DNA of 12,463 nucleotides. Origin: a virus (Duplodnaviria; Heunggongvirae; Uroviricota; Caudoviricetes). The position numbers and the translations under genes are program-made. The stretch lies in the IMG/VR virus record IMGVR_UViG_2531839234_000008. One strand, given 5' to 3'. The notes beneath the pieces are model-generated. The model was not told the DNA's origin. It worked only from the letters and a program-made list of their open reading frames with translations, and made no database searches. Each line of letters begins with the position of its first letter. Within the stretch, counting starts at the first letter, position 1. Positions 1 through 6,471 of this stretch are shown here, one piece after another.

Positions 1-163
1 CAATTTCAGAACATCGACGCTTCTTCGCAAAATAAACCAGGGCGATATCAAAGGCGCATGTGATCAGCTACGGCGCTGGACATACGCTGGCGGTAAGCAA
101 TGGAAAGGGCTGATGACTCGCCGCGAGATTGAGCGTGAAGTCTGTTTGTGGGGGCAACAATGA
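1..163 (+). CDS. R: Phage endolysin (lysozyme), C-terminal fragment; 5' end lies outside the window
   Basis: Frame beginning at nt 2 is open from the window edge to TGA at 161-163 and translates to ...[53 protein letters not shown], which I recognise as the C-terminal tail of lambdoid prophage endolysins. Its stop overlaps the Rz start (ATGA at 160-163). Position immediately upstream of Rz fits the lysis cassette. Confidence 0.75.
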
Positions 164-597
164 GCAGGGTAACCGTTATTATCTCCGCTCTGGTTATCTG
201 CATTATCGCCTGCCTGTCATGGGCTGTTAATCATTACCGTGATAACGCCATCGCCTACAAAGAGCAGCGCGATAAAGCCACATCCATCATCGCTGATATG
301 CAGAAGCGGCAACGTGATGTAGCAGAACTTGACGCCAGATACACAAAGGAGCTTGCTGATGCTAATGCGACTATCGAAAGTCTCCGTGCTGATGTTTCTG
401 CTGGGCGTAAGCGCCTGCAAGTCTCCGCCACCTGTGCAAAGTCAACGACCGGAGCCAGCAGCATGGGCGATGGAGAAAGCCCAGGACTTACAGCAGATGC
501 TGAACTCAATTATTACCGTCTCCGAGGTGGAATCGACAAGATAACCGCGCAGGTTAACTACCTGCAGGAGTACATCAGGACGCAATGCCTGAAATAA
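160..597 (+). CDS. Rz: Rz i-spanin (inner-membrane spanin)
   Basis: Translation [39 protein letters not shown]...YTKELADA... closely matches lambda Rz as I remember it (N-terminal TM helix, coiled-coil periplasmic domain). The ORF track starts at GTG 148, but ATG at 160 matches the lambda Rz N-terminus and is coupled to the endolysin stop. Ends TAA 595-597. Confidence 0.9.
359..544 (+). CDS. Rz1: Rz1 o-spanin (outer-membrane lipoprotein), embedded in the +1 frame of Rz
   Basis: The +1 frame inside Rz encodes [20 protein letters not shown]|[13 protein letters not shown]..., a signal peptide with a lipobox-like VSAC followed by a proline-rich segment, as in lambda Rz1. AAAGGAG at 344-350 sits 8 nt before ATG 359. 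An alternative start is ATG 365. Confidence 0.75.
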   Translation: MLMRLSKVSVLMFLLGVSACKSPPPVQSQRPEPAAWAMEKAQDLQQMLNSIITVSEVESTR

Positions 598-630
598 TTT
601 TTTTTGCAAATCACAAAGTCCATTTAATGA

Positions 631-654
631 GCCTCGCGATGCGGGGCTTTTTGC
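631..654 (+). terminator. Putative intrinsic terminator, first of two after Rz
   Basis: GCCTCGC (631-637) pairs with GCGGGGC (641-647) as a 7-bp stem (one G-U), loop GAT, followed by CTTTTTG. A T8 run (598-605) also follows the Rz stop directly. Confidence 0.45.
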
Positions 655-659
655 AATAA

Positions 660-684
660 ATGCGTACCGCAACGCATGTTTTTT
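660..684 (+). terminator. Putative intrinsic terminator, second of two after Rz
   Basis: ATGCGT (660-665) and ACGCAT (672-677) form a perfect 6-bp stem with a 6-nt loop, followed by G and a T6 run (679-684). Confidence 0.5.
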
Positions 685-799
685 ACACCGAACCTGCCCC
701 TTTGGAATGGGCCTTTGAGGATACCAGTTAGTGCTGGCGAGCCTCGGTGGGCTGGTTTCCTGTGCGGCAAAGGTTCATTTCAAAGAGTAGGTACACGCT

Positions 800-1297
800 A
801 TGAAATCATTAACCCTCTTCAATCAACCAATCCGTATCGGTGAAGATGGCATGATCTGCCTCACTGATATGTGGAAAGCCAGTGGTAAAAGTGAATCTGA
901 ATCTCCGTACCACTACCTGCGAAACAAGCAGACCAAAGAGTTCTTGGCTGAGCTGGAGAAAAACCACGAATCTGTGGTTTTTACGGAACGCGGTGCGCAC
1001 GGTGGAACTTATGGCGGAAAGTTCGTTGCTTATGATTACGCAGCATGGCTAAACCCCGGATTTAAATATGCAGCCTATAAAGTCCTCGATGATTACTTCA
1101 CCGGAGAGCTTCATCATCGGAACAGCTTAAGTGCGCAGCTCAACATGAAATGTCATGAGTTTGATCAGAAAAAAGACATGGCGAGCTTCTGTGGACAAGG
1201 CCTCGCGGCATGGCGCTACACGAAACCTGGTTTGATCGCTGAAATTAACTCCCTGGCTAACCAGTTGCAGATTTCGATCCCCGGGCTTCCGGGATGA
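800..1297 (+). CDS. KilA-N-like domain protein, accessory moron gene of unknown function
   Basis: 165-aa ORF. The N-terminal part (...FNQPIRIGEDGMICLTDMWKASGKSESESPYHYLRNKQTKEFLAELEKN...) fits the pattern I associate with KilA-N/APSES-type phage DNA-binding domains (IR-x-DG-x-L-D-x-A-G...P-x-x-(W/Y)L...T-x-E(L/F)). It lies between the lysis cassette and cos, a known moron hotspot in lambdoid phages. Shine-Dalgarno is weak. Domain call is from memory, not a profile search. Confidence 0.6.
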   Translation: MKSLTLFNQPIRIGEDGMICLTDMWKASGKSESESPYHYLRNKQTKEFLAELEKNHESVVFTERGAHGGTYGGKFVAYDYAAWLNPGFKYAAYKVLDDYFTGELHHRNSLSAQLNMKCHEFDQKKDMASFCGQGLAAWRYTKPGLIAEINSLANQLQISIPGLPG

Positions 1298-1551
1298 GTG
1301 ATCGTGTCATTGAATGCGCCTCCAGAGCGGGGCGCGACTTCTCAGAGTTCATGAAAGGCGAGAAGGGTATGATGGAAGCATTGGCCTCGGTGGATGAGTT
1401 TGGCGAGCAGCTGCGCCTCAACGGCTGTGTCAATCATCACTTTGTTAGCTACATGATGCGGAACTCGATCATGCAGGCATTCATGGACATGGCAAAAGCC
1501 GAGAGGAAAGAAGAGCGCCGGCGTAAGCGAGCGGAAGCAAAAGCGAAGTAG
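1294..1551 (+). CDS. Hypothetical small protein (85 aa) with a basic Lys/Arg/Glu-rich C-terminus, translationally coupled to the upstream gene
   Basis: ATG at 1294 overlaps the stop of the preceding ORF (ATGA, 1294-1297). Same-strand ORF ending TAG 1549-1551 and followed immediately by a strong hairpin. C-terminus AKAERKEERRRKRAEAKAK is highly charged. No homolog recognised. The frame is closed by TAA at 1258-1260, so this is not a frameshifted continuation of the KilA-N ORF. Confidence 0.5.
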   Translation: MSDRVIECASRAGRDFSEFMKGEKGMMEALASVDEFGEQLRLNGCVNHHFVSYMMRNSIMQAFMDMAKAERKEERRRKRAEAKAK

Positions 1552-1559
1552 CCATTACA

Positions 1560-1581
1560 AAGCCCATCTACTGGTGGGCTT
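1560..1581 (+). other. Strong hairpin directly after the moron stop codon (possible terminator or RNA-stability element, no U-tract)
   Basis: AAGCCCATC (1560-1568) pairs with GGTGGGCTT (1573-1581) as a roughly 9-bp stem (one G-U) with loop TACT, 9 nt after the TAG stop. It is followed by GATAATGG, not a T-run, so it is not a canonical intrinsic terminator. Confidence 0.35.
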
Positions 1582-1970
1582 GATAATGGCTTATACCCTA
1601 CACGGGATAACTTAACTGATATCCCTTTTAACGGATAAAGGTATTCAAGCCTGACACATCATGCGCTGTATCGTCGCTGTATTTCCGCATTAACCATGAC
1701 CGTAGCCCGACGGGGAATTCCTTCTGCGCGAGTGTGCGGGAATAATCAAAAACGATGCACACCGGGTTTTTACCGCGCTAATGATTCGCGGGTTTGTCCC
1801 TCATGCTCGCCAGTCCTGTGCGGGGGTGGAAGAAACAGGACACTCACACAGATTCTTGTGGGTCGATGCTATTCCTTTCTGGATTATCCCGATGCCATTC
1901 ATGCAAGGGCTGTATCAGACGTTCGTCATGGCTTTCAGGCTGACGGCTCCTCCCGGTGGGGTGGCCTGCC

Positions 1971-1990
1971 ACGGGGCGGGAGCGTCGCGG
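1971..1990. other. cosN: Candidate cosN (cohesive-end nicking site) of a lambda-like packaging system
   Basis: ACGGGGCGGGAGCGTCGCGG (1971-1990) versus the lambda cos junction as I recall it, ACGGGGCGGCGACCTCGCGG: same length, identical flanks (ACGGGGCGG ... TCGCGG), 15 of 20 positions identical, divergence only in the central 5 nt. It sits about 170 bp upstream of the small terminase start, as lambda cosN does relative to Nu1. By analogy the 12-nt cohesive end would be GGGCGGGAGCGT (1974-1985). Confidence 0.5.
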
Positions 1991-2150
1991 AAAAAGGCTA
2001 GTTTTTGCATTTTTATCGGCCACCATCATCTTTGCATCTTATTGATTATTAATGGTTATTTGTTTTTTGTATGTCGAATTGAGTGTTTTTTGTTCGACAT
2101 CGAACGCGTTTTCTTAAAGTTGTTCGCACGATGCATGTTTAAAGCTCTCC
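1991..2150. promoter_or_regulatory. cosB: Candidate cosB-like region (terminase small-subunit/IHF binding) between cosN and the terminase genes
   Basis: AT-rich segment between the cosN candidate and the terminase RBS. It contains a perfect 8-bp inverted repeat, ATGTCGAA (2071-2078) and TTCGACAT (2093-2100), with a 14-bp T-rich spacer. It also has three TGCAT-core repeats (TTTGCATTTTTA 2004-2015, TTTGCATCTTAT 2031-2042, ATGCATGTTTA 2131-2141) and a related TGTTCGCAC at 2121-2129. The role is inferred from position only. Confidence 0.35.
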
Positions 2151-2159
2151 GGAGGAAAT

Positions 2160-2651
2160 ATGGATCATGAGTTGAAAAACCTGGTGCTGAATATTAATCA
2201 ACTGGCGGCTTTATCTGGTCTGCACCGCCAGACTGTCGTGGCAAGACTGAAAAACATTCGTCCCGCTGGTGGACATGACAAACTCAAGCTATACCGGTTG
2301 ACCGATATTCTGACTGAATTTATGGGGTTACCACCGCCGGTTGCTGAGGGCGAAATGGATCCACATGAACGCAAAGCCTGGTATCAGTCTGAACGTGAGC
2401 GTCTTAAGTTCGAACAGGAAACGGCACAACTCATTCCGGCCAGTGATGTCAGACGGGAGTTTGCCATCTGGGCAAAAGCGGTCGTGCAGGTGCTGGAGAC
2501 ATTACCGGATATTCTGGAACGTGACTGTGGTCTGCAGCCTGCCGCTGTGAGCCGTGTTCAGTCCATTATTGATGATCTGCGCGATCAGATAGCCCTGCGG
2601 GTGACCGAAGCAGGTGCGGATGATGAGGAGGAATTACAGCAGGAGGAGTAA
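2160..2651 (+). CDS. Terminase small subunit (Nu1-like, N-terminal helix-turn-helix)
   Basis: 163-aa ORF with GGAGG 4 nt upstream of ATG 2160. N-terminus ...INQLAALSGLHRQTVVARL... looks like an HTH. Acidic C-terminus. Its stop overlaps the large terminase start (TAATG at 2649-2653). Position is immediately after cos and before the large subunit. Confidence 0.75.
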   Translation: MDHELKNLVLNINQLAALSGLHRQTVVARLKNIRPAGGHDKLKLYRLTDILTEFMGLPPPVAEGEMDPHERKAWYQSERERLKFEQETAQLIPASDVRREFAIWAKAVVQVLETLPDILERDCGLQPAAVSRVQSIIDDLRDQIALRVTEAGADDEEELQQEE

Positions 2652-4753
2652 TGCTGAATCAGGAAACCGCAAAGGCAGCACGAACCGATTCAGGTTATAT
2701 CCTTCGCGCACCGAGACGAATGCGGGTTGCTGATGCCGTTGCTCAGTATATGCGGGTGCCCATGGGGGCCGGGAACTCAGTCCCGTGGGATCCGCTGGTG
2801 GCACCGTATGTTATTGAGCCGATGAACTGCCTGGCCTCGCGTGAATACGACGCAGTGATATTTGTTGGCCCGGCACGAACCGGCAAGACTATCGGCCTGA
2901 TTGACGGCTGGGTGATTTACAACGTGATTTGCGATCCTGCGGATATGCCGATCATTCAGATGACGGAGGAAAAAGCCCGCGAACACTCCAAAAAACGACT
3001 CGCCAGAACGTTTCGCGTCAGCCCGGAAGTGGTCAGTCGCCTGAGTCCGAACAAAAATGACAACAACGTTTATGACAGAACATTCCTTGCTGGCAACTAC
3101 CTGAAAATCGGCTGGCCGTCAGTCAATATCATGTCCTCATCAGATTATAAATGCGTGGCGCTGACGGATTATGACCGTTTTCCGGAAGATATTGATGGCG
3201 AGGGGGATGCCTTCTCTCTTGCCTCAAAACGTACCACCACATTTATGTCCAGTGGTATGACGCTGGTGGAGAGTTCCCCCGGCAGGGATGTGAAGGATGT
3301 GAAATGGCGACGGACTTCACCGCATGAGGCTCCACCAACCACGGGGATACTGTCGCTCTATAACCGTGGCGATCGCCGTCGCTGGTACTGGCCCTGTCCA
3401 CACTGTGGTGAGTATTTTCAGCCCTGCGGCGATGTGGTTGCTGGTTTCCGTGATATTGCCGATCCCGTGCTGGCAAGTGAGGCGGCTTATATTCAGTGTC
3501 CTTCCTGTTCAGGACGGATTATGCCTGAACAAAAACGTGAGCTGAACGGACGTGGGGTCTGGTTGCGGGATGGTGAATCCATCAATGCGGATGGTAGTCG
3601 TTATGGTGATCCCCGACGCTCACGTATTGCGTCATTCTGGATGGAGGGTCCGGCAGCTGCTTACCAGACACTCTCGCAACTCGTTTACAAACTGCTTACT
3701 GCAGAACAGGAATACGAGACAACCGGAAGTGAAGAAACACTCAAGACGGTTATCAATACCGACTGGGGATTACCTTATCTTCCCCGCGCCAGCATGGAGC
3801 AACGAAAAAGTGAACTGCTTGAGCAGCGGGCAGAGCCAGTTCCTTCCAGCAGTGTGCCGGATGGCGTTAATTTCCTTGTGGCGACAGTGGATGTGCAGGC
3901 GGGACGTCATCGCCGTTTTGTGGTTCAGGTAACGGGCTATGGCAGCCGTGGCGAACGCTGGATTATTGATCGTTACAACATCACGCAGTCATTGCGCGGT
4001 GACAGCGACGGTGAGAGCCAGCGAATTGATCCGGCCAGCTATCCGGAAGACTGGGATGTCCTGCTGACGGATGTTTTTCATAAAAGCTGGCCGCTGGCCT
4101 CCGATCCTTCTCAACAAATGCGACTGATGGCAATGGCGGTGGACTCCGGCGGTGAAGACGGGGTCACTGATAATGCCTATAAATTCTGGCGTCGTTGCCG
4201 TCGTGATGGCCTTGGTAAACGTATTTACCTGTTTAAGGGCGACAGCATCCGGCGCGCAAAACTGATCACCCGTACATTCCCTGATAACACCGGACGAACG
4301 GGCCGACGGGCGCAGGCCGCAGGTGATGTGCCGCTCTGGCTTCTTCAGACGGATGCACTGAAAGACCGGGTGAATAACGCGTTATGGCGTGACTCTCCAG
4401 GTCCCGGCTATGTGCATTTCCCTGACTGGCTGGGGAGCTGGTTTTACGACGAACTGACGTATGAAGAGCGGAGTAGTGACGGGAAATGGAGTAAGCCGGG
4501 TCGCGGTGCCAACGAAGCTTTTGACCTGATGGTGTATGCCGAGGCTCTGGTCATTCTGCATGGATACGAAAAGATCCGCTGGCCGGATGCACCGGGGTGG
4601 GCGAGCCGGGAAACCTGGCTGGAGAGTGTCCCGGACAGTACCGAACCGTCACCCTCACCGGAACCGGTATCCACGCCTGTTAAAAAACAAAAACGGAAGA
4701 AAACAGTAACTGACGATGTTAACCCCTGGCTGACTTCCGGAGGATGGTTATGA
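2651..4753 (+). CDS. A: Terminase large subunit (lambda gpA family: ATPase plus endonuclease)
   Basis: 700-aa ORF with AGGAGGAG RBS. Walker A P-loop GPARTGKT at nt 2867-2890. Cys-rich segment WYWPCPHCGEYFQPCGD...CPSCSG resembles the lambda gpA ACPHCGEE region. Other segments (VNTDWGLPYLPR, ANEAFDLMVYAEAL) resemble remembered lambda gpA blocks. Confidence 0.92.
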   Translation: MLNQETAKAARTDSGYILRAPRRMRVADAVAQYMRVPMGAGNSVPWDPLVAPYVIEPMNCLASREYDAVIFVGPARTGKTIGLIDGWVIYNVICDPADMPIIQMTEEKAREHSKKRLARTFRVSPEVVSRLSPNKNDNNVYDRTFLAGNYLKIGWPSVNIMSSSDYKCVALTDYDRFPEDIDGEGDAFSLASKRTTTFMSSGMTLVESSPGRDVKDVKWRRTSPHEAPPTTGILSLYNRGDRRRWYWPCPHCGEYFQPCGDVVAGFRDIADPVLASEAAYIQCPSCSGRIMPEQKRELNGRGVWLRDGESINADGSRYGDPRRSRIASFWMEGPAAAYQTLSQLVYKLLTAEQEYETTGSEETLKTVINTDWGLPYLPRASMEQRKSELLEQRAEPVPSSSVPDGVNFLVATVDVQAGRHRRFVVQVTGYGSRGERWIIDRYNITQSLRGDSDGESQRIDPASYPEDWDVLLTDVFHKSWPLASDPSQQMRLMAMAVDSGGEDGVTDNAYKFWRRCRRDGLGKRIYLFKGDSIRRAKLITRTFPDNTGRTGRRAQAAGDVPLWLLQTDALKDRVNNALWRDSPGPGYVHFPDWLGSWFYDELTYEERSSDGKWSKPGRGANEAFDLMVYAEALVILHGYEKIRWPDAPGWASRETWLESVPDSTEPSPSPEPVSTPVKKQKRKKTVTDDVNPWLTSGGWL

Positions 4754-4962
4754 ACCAGAATGATATCGAAGCCATGATTCAGCGTTATACGGAAGCTGAA
4801 ATGGCGGTGCTGGACGGAAAATCCGTCACCTTTAATGGTCAGCAGATGACCATGGAAAACTTATCTGAGATCCGGCAGGGACGGCAGGAGTGGGAGCGCC
4901 GCCTTGCGGCTCTGATTACACGACGACGGGGGCATCCCGGGTACCGGCTGGCGAGGTTCTGA
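4750..4962 (+). CDS. W: gpW-like head-tail joining protein
   Basis: 70-aa product MNQNDIEAMIQRYTEAEMAVLDGKSVTFNGQQMTMENLSEIRQGRQEWERRLAALITRRRGHPGYRLARF resembles lambda gpW, including the C-terminal RRRG motif. GGAGG at 4739-4743 lies 6 nt before ATG 4750, which overlaps the large terminase stop (ATGA). The ORF-track start at 4744 has no spacer to the RBS. Confidence 0.8.
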   Translation: MNQNDIEAMIQRYTEAEMAVLDGKSVTFNGQQMTMENLSEIRQGRQEWERRLAALITRRRGHPGYRLARF

Positions 4963-6471
4963 TGGCAATTCTTGATGATGTGATTGGCGTTTTTTCACCA
5001 GGATGGAAAGCGGCAAGGCTGCGTTCCCGTGCGGTGATCCAGGCTTATGAGGCCGTAAAAACGACGCGGACACACAAAGCCCGGCGGGAAAACCGAACTG
5101 CCGACCAGTTAAGCCAGTACGGGGCCGTGTCGTTACGTGAGCAGGCCCGTTACCTTGATAACAACCACGATCTGGTTATTGGTGTATTTGACAAGCTGGA
5201 AGAACGGGTGGTGGGGAAAAACGGGATTATTGTCGAGCCACATCCGGTATTACGCAATGGGGCCATTGCCCGTGATCTGGCCGCGGAGATACGCACCCGA
5301 TGGAGTGAATGGTCTGTCAGTCCGGAAGTCACCGGGCAGTTTACCCGTCCGATGCTGGAACGTCTGATGCTGCGTACCTGGCTGCGCGATGGTGAGGTGT
5401 TTGCCCAGATGGTTTCCGGGCGCATAAACAGCCTGACGCCTTCTGCCGGTGTTCATTTCTGGCTGGAGGCGCTCGAGCCAGACTTTATTCCCATGACCAG
5501 TGATGAGAGCAACAGGCTGAATCAGGGCGTGTTTGTTGATGACTGGGGGCGTCCCGAAAAATATCTGGTGTATAAAAGCCGTCCCGTATCCGGACGGCAG
5601 ATGGAAACCAAAGAAGTGGATGCAGAGCGAATGCTGCATCTTAAATTTGTTCGCCGTCTGCACCAGATGCGCGGGACGTCTTTGTTGTCCGGTGTGCTGA
5701 TCCGCCTCAGTGCCCTGAAAGAGTATGAGGATTCTGAGCTGACTGCAGCAAGGATCGCCGCTGCTCTGGGGATGTACATCCGGAAAGGCGATGGGCAGAG
5801 CTATGAACCGGATGGTAATGGCAGCAAGGATAAGGAACGCGAGCTTACCATTCAGCCAGGCATTATTTACGACGATCTGAAACCCGGCGAAGAAATCGGA
5901 ATGGTGAAGTCGGATCGCCCCAATCCTAACCTTGAAACTTTTCGTAATGGTCAGTTGCGTGCCGTGGCGGCGGGCAGTCGTCTGAATTTTTTCCAGTACA
6001 GCGCGCAACTATAACGGCACTTACAGCGCCCAGCGTCAGGAGCTGGTTGAATCCACTGATGGCTACCTGATCCTGCAGGACTGGTTTATTGGTGCCGTCA
6101 CCCGCCCGATGTATCGTGCCTGGCTGAAACAGGCTGTGGCATCCGGTGTTATCAGGCTACCCCGCGATCTTGACCGTTCTTCACTGTATACCGCGGTGTA
6201 TTCCGGACCGGTGATGCCGTGGATTGACCCTGTTAAGGAGGCTGAGGCCTGGAAAATTCAGATTCGTGGTGGAGCAGCGACAGAATCAGACTGGGTACGT
6301 GCAGGTGGTCGTAATCCGGATGATGTCAAACGTCGGCGCAAGGCCGAAATTGATGAAAACCGCAAGCTGGATCTGGTATTTGATACCGATCCGGCCAGTG
6401 ATAAAGGAGGCAGCAGTGCCGCAACGAAACGACAGGAGCCGCAGCACACCGACGACCAGTCCGAAGAATAA
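4962..6471 (+). pseudogene. B: Portal protein (lambda gpB-like) interrupted by a single frameshift near a T6 run (5987-5992); pseudogene or sequencing error
   Basis: ORF from ATG 4962 (GAGG 5 nt upstream, coupled to the W stop) runs to TAA 6012-6014. The +1 frame is open from 5986 and continues to TAA 6469-6471. Across the junction the downstream frame reads ...LNFSSTARNYNGTYSAQRQ..., which aligns with the lambda gpB block ...SYEQLSRNYAQMSYSTAR... as I recall it, so both pieces are one portal gene. Removing one T from TTTTTT (5987-5992) restores a single ORF of about 502 aa. Confidence 0.8.

Noticed and set aside
148-159. Upstream ORF-track start codons for Rz (GTG 148), gpW (4744), portal (4890), V (10045) and G (10882)
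   Set aside because: In each case a downstream start matches the N-terminus of the lambda homolog and has a proper RBS or stop-start coupling, while the upstream start lies inside the preceding gene or inside a terminator hairpin.
685-799. Autonomous sigma70 promoter for the moron
   Set aside because: I looked for -35/-10 hexamers with 16-18 bp spacing upstream of ATG 800 and found no convincing pair (best are TTGAGG 715-720 and TAGGTA 788-793, which are not correctly spaced). Not reported as a feature.
1696-2170. Overlapping +-strand ORFs 1696-2001 and 1781-2170, and minus-strand ORF 1844-2029
   Set aside because: They span the candidate cosN/cosB packaging site, lack Shine-Dalgarno sequences, and their translations are low-complexity and Cys/Arg-rich; treated as non-coding.
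2341-2550. Alternative-frame ORFs inside the terminase genes (2341-2550, 2777-2986 minus, 3324-3545, 3552-3932)
   Set aside because: Fully nested within well-supported terminase coding sequence in other frames or strand; no signals of independent expression.
5250-6008. 252-aa ORF on the minus strand
   Set aside because: Lies entirely antisense to the portal gene in a uniformly +-strand late operon, with no recognisable motifs or RBS; most likely a shadow ORF of the GC-rich sense strand.
5980-6015. Programmed translational frameshift in the portal gene
   Set aside because: No known precedent for portal genes, and no stimulatory structure noticed; a 1-nt indel in the T6 run is the simpler explanation.
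6109-6471. 120-aa ORF listed as a separate gene
   Set aside because: Its frame is open upstream to 5986 and the translation continues the portal alignment; it is the C-terminal part of the frameshifted portal, not an independent gene.
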